This document shows, one piece after another, positions 9,882 through 18,065 of a stretch of DNA of 63,729 bases. Below the pieces are notes generated by a model, which had not been told where the DNA came from, searched no databases, and worked only from the letters and a program-made list of their open reading frames with translations. A program made the translations under genes and the position numbers. The stretch is from a virus (Duplodnaviria > Caudoviricetes): the IMG/VR virus record IMGVR_UViG_3300032316_001298, positions 1 to 63,729 of that record. One strand, given 5' to 3'. Position 1 is the stretch's first letter, and every line of letters starts with the position of its first letter.

Positions 9882-10565
9882 ATGAACGAGATCAAGAAGA
9901 AGCTGGTGGCTTTGGAGGCCAAAGTGGATGCGAAACTTTTCAATGTGATGCGCGGTCCGGATGGCAAGTGGTATCGAGAAGATGGCACGGAGGCCAACTC
10001 GGTGGGTGACTTTAAGTCGGCGAAGGGCGCGGCCGTGGCAGTCGGTGCGGCTGGTGCTGGTTTGGGTGCTTTGGCGGGCGATCGCGCGCTCATGAACCGC
10101 TACGGCGGCGGCGGAAGCGGGATGCAAACTCGTATGGCCGCTTTGCGCAGCGCGGGTCGTGATGCGATGGAGACAGGCCGTTTTTACGGTGGCAAAGCGA
10201 TTGATGCCGGAAATGATGGGTTCCGTGCTGGTCAGCGTTCGTTTCGGGCGACCAAGCCGGGAGCAATCGGCAACAAGTCGGGCAGCATGGGGCTTTTTGG
10301 GCGTTTGCGTAAAGCCTTGGGAACCGGAGCGCGCATTGCGACCGGAGGTCGCTTGAGGTTCGGGGCGGAGATCAAGCAGCGGTTGGTGGAAATGTCCTCG
10401 CAGGTTCAAAAAGCCGACGCGCGCAAAATGAACGAGTACAAGGCTATGTATTTGAAGAATCAGAATGCGGAGAAAGCCGCCAAAGCAGGCAAAAAAGCGG
10501 CGAAGATTACTCCCGAATTTCAGAGGGCGGTCTTCCGTGCGGTCTTTGGCAAAGCAAGGCTATGA
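9882..10565 (+). CDS. basic Gly-rich putative internal virion protein
   Basis: Own TTGACT element, Gly-rich hydrophobic segment, linker FGAEIKQRLVEM. Confidence 0.6.
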   Translation: MNEIKKKLVALEAKVDAKLFNVMRGPDGKWYREDGTEANSVGDFKSAKGAAVAVGAAGAGLGALAGDRALMNRYGGGGSGMQTRMAALRSAGRDAMETGRFYGGKAIDAGNDGFRAGQRSFRATKPGAIGNKSGSMGLFGRLRKALGTGARIATGGRLRFGAEIKQRLVEMSSQVQKADARKMNEYKAMYLKNQNAEKAAKAGKKAAKITPEFQRAVFRAVFGKARL

Positions 10566-11221
10566 AAAAGCGCAAAAAAGGCCGGTGCTGGCGGGGGTGT
10601 AAGCCGGTTCCCGGCAAGAAGGCTTACAGCGAGGGGAGCTGCACGTGCAATATGTCCGCGCTTCCCGGCACGGTTGAGCTTATGCGCGGGGACTTTGCCA
10701 TTCCGGCATTGAAGCGGGCGCTAAAGCGCGGGGTTGGCAATGCGGGAGAGCCAGTTTCGATCCACGAGATCGGCGTGTCGGGCACGATGATTCCTTCGCT
10801 GCGAAAGAATCCGGCCAATGTGCAGCGCGCGACCAAGAAGTATTGGGGCGAGGACGAGGGGCTGGGTCAAGCCACGGCGGCGATGCGCTACAATCGGGAC
10901 TGGGCGGCGAAGACAATCAGGGAGAGTCGAAAAAATGACCGCTATCGGCGTGATGTGAGAGATAACTTACCGGACTTGGAGTATTTGACCCGCGGACTGC
11001 GACTGGCGGCGCTGGCGCCAGGCATGATCGAGTTTGCCGATTCGCGGCCGCGTAATGATATGGGCCAGTATATGGCCAATGAGACGGGTGGGGCCGATCC
11101 GAATTCGATGGCGGCGGCCTATGGGAATGTGGAGCAGGAAAAAATCATTCGTCGCCGCAGTTTGGTGCAGCGGATGAAGGCGATGATGGGACGTAACGAT
11201 CAGCAGCCTGTGATGCAATGA
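10562..11221 (+). CDS. basic modular putative internal virion protein
   Basis: CWRGCKPVPGKKAYSEGSC module, linkers MSALPGTVEL and LAALAPGMIEF, RPRNDMGQY motif. Confidence 0.6.
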   Translation: MKKRKKGRCWRGCKPVPGKKAYSEGSCTCNMSALPGTVELMRGDFAIPALKRALKRGVGNAGEPVSIHEIGVSGTMIPSLRKNPANVQRATKKYWGEDEGLGQATAAMRYNRDWAAKTIRESRKNDRYRRDVRDNLPDLEYLTRGLRLAALAPGMIEFADSRPRNDMGQYMANETGGADPNSMAAAYGNVEQEKIIRRRSLVQRMKAMMGRNDQQPVMQ

Positions 11222-11550
11222 ATGTGACGGATGATCAAGCTCACCAAATCGCGCATCATGTGGCCCATCACGACAAGGAGTTGGAGCGCCACAGTCAGTC
11301 TTTGCGGCGGATTGGGGATTCACTGGAAAGCCTGCAACGGGAGTGCCACGAGATACGTGTGACCTTGCGGGAGCGCGACCAGACGACGAAGTTCCTCAAG
11401 GCGACTTTCAATTCGATTCTTGTTGCGGTGGTCATTCAGTTGGCCGCAACGGTGTGGTGGGCAGCCAAGATGGATGCGGCGGTGCAGGCGATGACGCATA
11501 CGGTGTCGGACCATGAGGAGCGGTTGCGGTCGCAAGAGCGGGTGCCATAA
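11218..11550 (+). CDS. coiled-coil protein with one TM segment
   Basis: Hydrophobic stretch FNSILVAVVIQLAATVWWAA flanked by coiled coils. Confidence 0.65.
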   Translation: MNVTDDQAHQIAHHVAHHDKELERHSQSLRRIGDSLESLQRECHEIRVTLRERDQTTKFLKATFNSILVAVVIQLAATVWWAAKMDAAVQAMTHTVSDHEERLRSQERVP

Positions 11551-11586
11551 GTAGCGCCCGCGCCTTTGACAAGGCCGCCGAGTTGT

Positions 11587-12873
11587 ATGAACAACTCGGT
11601 TTTTTCTTTTGCCACCCGCGGCCTTTCGGGGCGGGTGGATCGTGAGGCAGGCATTATTCGTGGCGCGGCGGTGATCACGGGCGGGGTGACGGCGCGCGGT
11701 CATGACCTGGAGGTGGATGACAAGACGCTCGAGCAGATTGTGACCTGTGGCAATGCCAAGGGGAGGGTGCAGGTAAAGCTCAATCACAAGGATCCGCAGG
11801 CGTTGCAGAGCATTTGCGGATACTTGGAGGGTTTTAGAAGGGAGGGCGACAAGGTGGTGGCGGATTGGCACCTCTTAAAGTCGCACGAGGAATACGACAA
11901 GTTGATGGAGAGAGCGGAGCGTATGCCGGATTGCTTCGGGCTATCGGCGGCTTTCGCCGGTCCTCCGCAGGGCGAGAAAGTGAAAGGCGGGAAGAAAGCG
12001 GCGCGGTGCGAAGAACTCCTAGCCGTCGACTGCGTGGCAATGCCCGCAGCGAACCCGCAGGGGCTTTTTGAGGACAAGCGAGTGGTTGACACACCGCACG
12101 AGGAAAATTCTATGGATAAGAACCAGCAGAACCAGCAGGAGCCGACGATCGCTGATGTGCTCGCCGCGCTGAATGAACTCAAGGAGACCGTTACCGATGT
12201 CTCCAATCGTCAGGCCGAGATCGACGCTTTGATCGAGGCTAACACCCCGATCACCGCCGAGGAGCTGCAAGAGCTGGCTTCGATGAGCGATGCAGAATTG
12301 GCTGATCAGGGCATCAGCCGCGACGAGGTCAACGAAGCCATCGAGGCTTACAATGCCGCGATCGAAGCCGAAGCCGGTGAAGGCGCCGTCGAAGGCGAAG
12401 GTCAAGAGGCTGGTGAAGGTGAGACTGCTGCTGCTCCGGCCGGTGCCGCGAGCGGCGAGGGCGCTTCTTTCAGCGAACTGCGCAAGCGCGTGGTCGAACT
12501 GGAAAGCCAACTCAGCCAGAAAGCGGAGGACACGGAGAAGGCCGAGGTCATGCACGCTTTCGACGTTCTCGAAGCGAAGATGACCGCGCTGACCGCGCAG
12601 AATGACGCTTTGCAGCGCACGATCCGCCTGCAGGGGATCAAGGCCGCAACTCCGGGGACCGAGAGCCTTCGCATGTTCAACGCGCCGGAAGGCGACGAGA
12701 AGGTGACTGAATTTGACCGGCTGGTCAGCACGAAAGCGACCGAGCTGGAGGGAAAGGGGCAGAGCAAGACGGTGGCCCGTGCCAACGCGATCCGTTTTGC
12801 GATGAAGGACAACCCGCGCGCTTACGCCGAGCACAACGCCGCTCGCGGAATCGTGAAACTCGCTGACGCCTAA
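11587..12873 (+). CDS. prohead protease-scaffold fusion (likely internal scaffold start at 12112)
   Basis: Protease-like N-half (ARGHD, VKLNH, FGLSAAF, VDCVAMPAANPQGLF), acidic coiled-coil C-half; TTGACA at 12086 and GAGG precede an in-frame ATG at 12112. Confidence 0.8.
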   Translation: MNNSVFSFATRGLSGRVDREAGIIRGAAVITGGVTARGHDLEVDDKTLEQIVTCGNAKGRVQVKLNHKDPQALQSICGYLEGFRREGDKVVADWHLLKSHEEYDKLMERAERMPDCFGLSAAFAGPPQGEKVKGGKKAARCEELLAVDCVAMPAANPQGLFEDKRVVDTPHEENSMDKNQQNQQEPTIADVLAALNELKETVTDVSNRQAEIDALIEANTPITAEELQELASMSDAELADQGISRDEVNEAIEAYNAAIEAEAGEGAVEGEGQEAGEGETAAAPAGAASGEGASFSELRKRVVELESQLSQKAEDTEKAEVMHAFDVLEAKMTALTAQNDALQRTIRLQGIKAATPGTESLRMFNAPEGDEKVTEFDRLVSTKATELEGKGQSKTVARANAIRFAMKDNPRAYAEHNAARGIVKLADA

Positions 12874-12893
12874 ACCCAAGGAGGAACAAGATT

Positions 12894-13250
12894 ATGGCAA
12901 ACATCAGAGACAATTCAGACAGCTTCGTGGCGGCGAGTTCGTCTGGGATCGCGGGTGACATCCGCGTGAAACTCAACAGCAGCCGCAAACTGGAAGTGGC
13001 CGGTGCCTCCGACATCGAAATCGGTGTGACCGACTACGCAACAAAGGATGCAACCACCCCGGTCAAAGTCAATCTGACCAACGGTGGCGGCAGCTTCGAT
13101 GTGGTGGCGGGTGATGCGGTGGCCATCGGTGCCATCGTGAAGCGCGCCGCCAACGGCAAAGTCACAACCGGCGGAGCCGGTGCGAACTTCGGCATTGCGC
13201 TGGGTTCGGCCGCAGCAGACGGCGATGTGATCGAGGTTTACCCGCTCTAA
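12894..13250 (+). CDS. head decoration / capsid cement protein (DUF2190-like)
   Basis: 118 aa Ala/Gly-rich, GIALGSAAADGDVIEV, between scaffold and capsid, strong RBS. Confidence 0.8.
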   Translation: MANIRDNSDSFVAASSSGIAGDIRVKLNSSRKLEVAGASDIEIGVTDYATKDATTPVKVNLTNGGGSFDVVAGDAVAIGAIVKRAANGKVTTGGAGANFGIALGSAAADGDVIEVYPL

Positions 13251-13268
13251 TTCAAGGAGGAGACTACT

Positions 13269-14249
13269 ATGTATACAAACACAGACGCAGTAATTCGCCC
13301 CGAACTCCAAACGGTGGTGCAAGAGGCTTTGGAAGCTGAAAAGTTTTTCATCGCTGACAAAATTTTCACGCCCTTCGGCGTGTCGACCAACACGGGCGAG
13401 TATCGCAAGATCCTCAAGGGGACCGGCAATATCCTTGCCACGACCTCGAGCGACATCACGCTGCGCGCTCCGCGCACGGCTTACAAAGAAGTCGATCGCA
13501 CCTACTCCAAGGCTTCGTTTGCCTGCCAAGACCGCGGCTTGACCGAAGTTGTCGATGACAGCACTCAGGCCGATCTGCAGCGTTTCTTCGACGCGGAAAG
13601 CGTCTCGACCCGCTTGTTGCTGGCCAACATCCTCCGCGCGCAAGAAAAGCGTGTGGCGGCCAAGGTGATGAACGAGTCGATCTGGGGCAAAGCTGACGCT
13701 GCGGTGGCCTACACCGACGCGAACTTGGCCACGATCGACGTTGCCACCGACGTTGAGGAAGCCATCGCCCGCGTTCACAAGCGCCAGGAATCGGTCAACA
13801 CCATCGTGATGAGCCGTAACATTTGGAAGCGTGTTCGTCGCAGCACCAAGCTCCGCGAATACATCTTCGGTGGAGACAGCGGCGGCAAGATCGTGACGAA
13901 GGACATCTTCCTGTCGATCTTCCAAGACAGCGCTCCGATCACTCAGCTTTTCATCGCGGAAGCGACGGAGAGCACAGCGGCAAAGAACACGACAGTGGCG
14001 GACAACAAGTTGTCCTACCTCTGGGGCGACGATTACATCTGGCTGGGCAACGTGCAAGCGGGTGCCCCAGAGATGGGCGGCGCCGGCCGTATCTTCTACT
14101 GGCAAGAGGACGCCGAGTTCATGTATGTCGTCGAAAGCTATCGTGACGAACCCCGCCGCAGCAATGTGGTCCGTGTTCGCCAGAACAACGACGAGCATGT
14201 GGTTAACGAGTGCGCAGGCACTTTGATCAAGACGGGCTACACGGCCTAA
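13269..14249 (+). CDS. major capsid protein
   Basis: 326 aa, position, AGGAGG RBS, followed by a terminator. Confidence 0.88.
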   Translation: MYTNTDAVIRPELQTVVQEALEAEKFFIADKIFTPFGVSTNTGEYRKILKGTGNILATTSSDITLRAPRTAYKEVDRTYSKASFACQDRGLTEVVDDSTQADLQRFFDAESVSTRLLLANILRAQEKRVAAKVMNESIWGKADAAVAYTDANLATIDVATDVEEAIARVHKRQESVNTIVMSRNIWKRVRRSTKLREYIFGGDSGGKIVTKDIFLSIFQDSAPITQLFIAEATESTAAKNTTVADNKLSYLWGDDYIWLGNVQAGAPEMGGAGRIFYWQEDAEFMYVVESYRDEPRRSNVVRVRQNNDEHVVNECAGTLIKTGYTA

Positions 14250-14268
14250 GAAGTTTCACCATCCTGCA

Positions 14269-14309
14269 ACAGACCCCCGGCAGCGCAAGTTGCCGGGGGT
14301 TTCTGTTTG
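14269..14309 (+). terminator. intrinsic terminator after capsid gene
   Basis: acccccggca-gcgcaagt-tgccgggggt hairpin followed by ttctgtttg. Confidence 0.8.
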
Positions 14310-14333
14310 TGGGGTTGACGGCGGGGCGGCGGT

Positions 14334-14705
14334 ATGTTGTTCGACGATGCGATGGCGGCGGCGGATGAGGCGGCGTTTGCAATGCTGAGTTCGGCGCGTG
14401 CGTCCGTGTGGAAATCGGGGCAAGAGTCGCGGACGCGTGAGGTGCGGGCGATCGAGATGCCGCGTGATTTGGGCGGAGATTACCGTCCTGGTGGACGCGT
14501 GGAGGAAGTAAACTTCGCGCTGGAGTGCGAGGCGGCGCCTTTGCGGGAGGAAACGACCGGACTGGTGTTTGGCAGTCCGGAAGTGAAGGACGGGTGGCTA
14601 GTAAAGTGGAAGAATGTGACTTATCGGATTTCCAGTGTGACGTGGCAGGGGGCGACGGTGACGCTGAATCTGGCGTCGAGGAATGACAGTAGTGGCGGTT
14701 GGTAA
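14334..14705 (+). CDS. head-tail joining protein (FII-like)
   Basis: Size, position, beta-rich C-terminus (TYRISSV..VTLNL). Confidence 0.6.
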   Translation: MLFDDAMAAADEAAFAMLSSARASVWKSGQESRTREVRAIEMPRDLGGDYRPGGRVEEVNFALECEAAPLREETTGLVFGSPEVKDGWLVKWKNVTYRISSVTWQGATVTLNLASRNDSSGGW

Positions 14706-14706
14706 G

Positions 14707-15129
14707 ATGAGCGCGCGTTACGAGATCGAGGCGATGGTGGTGGGGGCTTTGAAACCCTTGGAGCACGAGCTGGGGGTGCCGGTGCTGGCGGGTCGGACCA
14801 CGGGTGAGCGACCGGGATCGTTCATTGTGGTGCGAGCGGAAGAGGAAAAGTTTGTGATTCCGAATGCACGGGCAGGTTTTGTCGAGGTCGATGTGGTGAG
14901 TGTGTCGCAGTTGGATGATGCGGGTGAGTTAGCGGCGAGCAAGGCCAGGATTGAGCGGATCGGGTTGTATTTTGGCACGGCAGAGGTGATGGAGGATATG
15001 CGGGAGGCCGGGACGGCGGAGATGACAACGTGGCCGAGTTTTGCGCTGATGCGCGGAACGAGCACGTTGCGCAAGGATCGTTCAGTGGGGGATGTGCTGC
15101 GCGTATCGTTCGGTGTGCAGCGTATGTGA
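14707..15129 (+). CDS. putative tail completion/terminator protein
   Basis: Position and size only. Confidence 0.5.
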   Translation: MSARYEIEAMVVGALKPLEHELGVPVLAGRTTGERPGSFIVVRAEEEKFVIPNARAGFVEVDVVSVSQLDDAGELAASKARIERIGLYFGTAEVMEDMREAGTAEMTTWPSFALMRGTSTLRKDRSVGDVLRVSFGVQRM

Positions 15130-15234
15130 GGCTGTCGCCGTGCGTTTCAGATTGGAAATTGCAAAGCGCAGCGCGCTTTATCTGGGACTTCTTTATGTCA
15201 GGGGGGCGTGGGGGGTTGACACTGTAAGTGGGTC

Positions 15235-16239
15235 ATGCCCAAAGAGAACTGGGGAGCGATTGCGCGGGAGAGCGCAGAGCACGCACATCGTAGCGTGGTG
15301 TCGGATTACAAGCGGCAAATCACGGCCGGGTTGGAACGGATCAAAGAACTGGAGGAGCAGCTAGGGGTGGTAGACGCGCTGAATGCGGCCAAGCCCTCGC
15401 AGAAGCCGTTGGCGGTTAAAAAGACGGCGAAGTGTCAGGCGGTGGCGGTGGCTTTGGCGAGTGACTGGCACGTGGAGGAGCCGGTGACGGCGGATTCGAC
15501 CAATGGACTGAATCATTTTGACCTGCGCGTGGCGGAGGCCCGGATCGAGAAGTTTTTTAACAGTGTGGTGCGGCTCACGGAGATCGAGCGCAACGGTGCG
15601 GAGATCGACACGTGCCTGTTGTTTTTGGGCGGCGACCTGATGAGTGGATATATCCATGAAGAGCTGGCGGAGACGAATGCGCTGAGTCCGACGGAGACGA
15701 TTTTGTGGGTGATGGAGCGGGTCTCGCGGGGGATCGCCTTGTTGCGGCAGAATTTTTCGCGGGTCTTGATTCCGTGTTGCTACGGCAACCATGGGCGGAC
15801 CACGAAGAAGCCGAGGCATGCCACGGGGTTTCGCAACAGCTACGAATGGTTGCTCTACAAGGTGATGTCGCAGCGGGTGCAGGACGGGGTGGAGTGGCAG
15901 GTGGCGGATTCGTATTTCAATTACGTGGATCTGTTTGGCAAGACGTTGCGGTTTCACCACGGGGACGGGTTGAAGTATCAGGGCGGCATCGGCGGGCTGA
16001 CCATCCCGACGGAGAAGGCGATTGCCTCGTGGAACAAGGCACGCGTGGCGGATCTGGATTGTTTCGGGCACTGGCACACGCAACAGCAGAATCCGAAGTG
16101 GGTGAGCAATGGCTCGCTGATCGGCTACAATGCTTACGCGATCAGCATCAAGGCGTCCTATGAGCCGCCGCAGCAGACATATTTTCTCTTCGACTCGAAG
16201 AGAGGGCGCACGATCACAGCGCCGATTGTTTTAGCATGA
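15235..16239 (+). CDS. calcineurin-like metallophosphoesterase
   Basis: SDWH, GGDLMSG, GNHG, HHGD, GHWH motifs. Confidence 0.88.
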   Translation: MPKENWGAIARESAEHAHRSVVSDYKRQITAGLERIKELEEQLGVVDALNAAKPSQKPLAVKKTAKCQAVAVALASDWHVEEPVTADSTNGLNHFDLRVAEARIEKFFNSVVRLTEIERNGAEIDTCLLFLGGDLMSGYIHEELAETNALSPTETILWVMERVSRGIALLRQNFSRVLIPCCYGNHGRTTKKPRHATGFRNSYEWLLYKVMSQRVQDGVEWQVADSYFNYVDLFGKTLRFHHGDGLKYQGGIGGLTIPTEKAIASWNKARVADLDCFGHWHTQQQNPKWVSNGSLIGYNAYAISIKASYEPPQQTYFLFDSKRGRTITAPIVLA

Positions 16240-16658
16240 ACTGGAAAGCCGAAGTAAACCGGATGAATGTTTCGGCTTATGCCTGGCCGAAGGGTTGGAG
16301 CACGCGAGACGAGATCGCGGAGCAGGTGGAATGCTCGCCGGAGCGGGTGCGCGAGGTGCTCAATCCTGGCATCAAGGCGGGAACCATCGAGTTCCGGGAT
16401 TTCAAGGTTTGGGAAGATGGTCGCTTTGTTCGCCGCACGGGCTACCGGAAGGTGAGCCAAGCAGCGGCCAGCGCACCGAAGGTGGCGCCGCAGGCAATGG
16501 AGCCTAAAGCGGGAATGCCGGTGGTGTCGCGCAAGCGGGGGACCAAAGGCAAGATCGTGTCGGTCAAGGGCGATCGGATGGTGATTGAGTGGGAGACAAC
16601 GGGGCGGAAGGAGTGCAGCATGTCGGCGTTTCGCAAGAAGGACATCCGGCTGGCTTGA
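16236..16658 (+). CDS. hypothetical protein with HTH-like N-terminus and small beta-barrel C-terminus
   Basis: TRDEIAEQVECSPERVREVL; ATGA-coupled. Confidence 0.6.
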   Translation: MNWKAEVNRMNVSAYAWPKGWSTRDEIAEQVECSPERVREVLNPGIKAGTIEFRDFKVWEDGRFVRRTGYRKVSQAAASAPKVAPQAMEPKAGMPVVSRKRGTKGKIVSVKGDRMVIEWETTGRKECSMSAFRKKDIRLA

Positions 16659-16673
16659 CATCGGTGGGCAGGC

Positions 16674-17117
16674 ATGGCCCTTCGAATGGTAGCGCGACCG
16701 GAGAAATGCCCGCCTTGGGTGGCGGATCTCATTGTTGATCTGGATACGAGGTGTTTTCCGGAGGATTACCGCGTGAAGCCGGAGGGGGCTTACTGGTGGA
16801 TCGAAGAGGAGCGGGGCGAGCCGGTGGCGTTTGCCGGAATGAAGGTGTGCGCTGCGGAATACAATCGCGGGCTAGGCTATCTATCGCGGGCGGGGGTGCT
16901 GCCGAAGTATCGGGGGCAGGGACGGCAGCGGCGGCTGATCCGCGCGCGGATAGCTTTGGCGCGACGGCTGAACTTACTGGAGGTCGTGACGTATGTGGTG
17001 GCGGCGAATCTGGCGAGTGCGAACAGTCTGATCGGCGTGGGCTTTCGGCTTTACAGTCCGGCAGAGCGCTGGGGCGGGAAGGATGCGTTGTATTTCCGGC
17101 GGCGGCTGGGAGGTTGA
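16674..17117 (+). CDS. GNAT family acetyltransferase
   Basis: VLPKYRGQGRQRRLI and NLASANSLIGVGF motifs. Confidence 0.88.
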   Translation: MALRMVARPEKCPPWVADLIVDLDTRCFPEDYRVKPEGAYWWIEEERGEPVAFAGMKVCAAEYNRGLGYLSRAGVLPKYRGQGRQRRLIRARIALARRLNLLEVVTYVVAANLASANSLIGVGFRLYSPAERWGGKDALYFRRRLGG

Positions 17118-17135
17118 CATGGCGCTGTTGGCATT

Positions 17136-17495
17136 ATGCCTCTTTCGACAGCCGGACTAAACAGCGCGGGGATCACATTGTCCACAGCCATTCCTGCCGG
17201 AACGGTGATCACGAACATCAACGAGATCATTTCGATCACGGTTCGCCGGATCAATTCGACTCAGATCGAAGCCAAAAAGAGCAACGGAGACATCGCGGCG
17301 ATTGCCTATGGCGGGGAGAAATACGAGATGGAGGCCGAGGGTTACACAACCCAGAGTCAAGTTCCGGCCCTGACCAACGCGAATTGGACTGCCTTCGGAC
17401 TGTCGGGGCGCGTGATGAGCTATGAAATCCTCGGATCGAACGAGGACTTCGTGAAGCTGCGCGTGAGCGGCATAGGATTTGCCGGAGCCTCCTAA
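17136..17495 (+). CDS. putative major tail (tube) protein
   Basis: 119 aa beta-rich, upstream of chaperone and tape measure genes. Confidence 0.55.
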   Translation: MPLSTAGLNSAGITLSTAIPAGTVITNINEIISITVRRINSTQIEAKKSNGDIAAIAYGGEKYEMEAEGYTTQSQVPALTNANWTAFGLSGRVMSYEILGSNEDFVKLRVSGIGFAGAS

Positions 17496-18064
17496 TGGAT
17501 GAAGTCCGCTTTGTCTTTGACGAGCGGTTCATCGAAGCGTTTGTCAGCAAGCCTGGATTGCATCGGGTGATGGGACGGCGTTTGCGGCCGTTCAGCACAT
17601 GGCACTTGTTGCAGTTGCAATATGTGCAGAATCCTTTGGTGACAGGTGGCGCGGTTGCGGCGGGAGATATGGATTTGGCGACGAGGATTTGCCAGACGCA
17701 GTTTCCGGAAGCGGTGCGACCGAAGCGGCGGTGGTGGACGTGGCGGGCAATACGTGTGCAATCGGCGGTGGCGGCGTTTGAGGCATACGTGGCAGATTAT
17801 GCCAGCGGTCCGGACATCCAAGCCGAGCAGACTAAGACGCAATCGGCACGGTTGCCCGATATGGACAGTCTACTGCAGGAGTTGGCGCTTTACCGCAAGA
17901 TGAGTGGCTGTTCGCGTGAGGAGGCGTGGAACGTGCCGATCGGGGAGATGGCGTGGATGAATGCGGCGTGGGCGCGGATGGAGGGGGCTAAGTTTTCTAT
18001 TATGACGGAGTTGGAGCGGTCGGCGCTACGGAGAGCGAAAGCAAAATTGACAGAGGCGAAATGA
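17495..18064 (+). CDS. putative tail assembly chaperone
   Basis: Position before tape measure; SREEAWNVPIG motif. Confidence 0.55.
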   Translation: MDEVRFVFDERFIEAFVSKPGLHRVMGRRLRPFSTWHLLQLQYVQNPLVTGGAVAAGDMDLATRICQTQFPEAVRPKRRWWTWRAIRVQSAVAAFEAYVADYASGPDIQAEQTKTQSARLPDMDSLLQELALYRKMSGCSREEAWNVPIGEMAWMNAAWARMEGAKFSIMTELERSALRRAKAKLTEAK

Positions 18065-18065
18065 A

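Noticed and set aside
12019-14198. Long minus-strand ORFs (286 and 427 aa) opposite scaffold and capsid
   Set aside because: Antisense shadows produced by strong codon bias.
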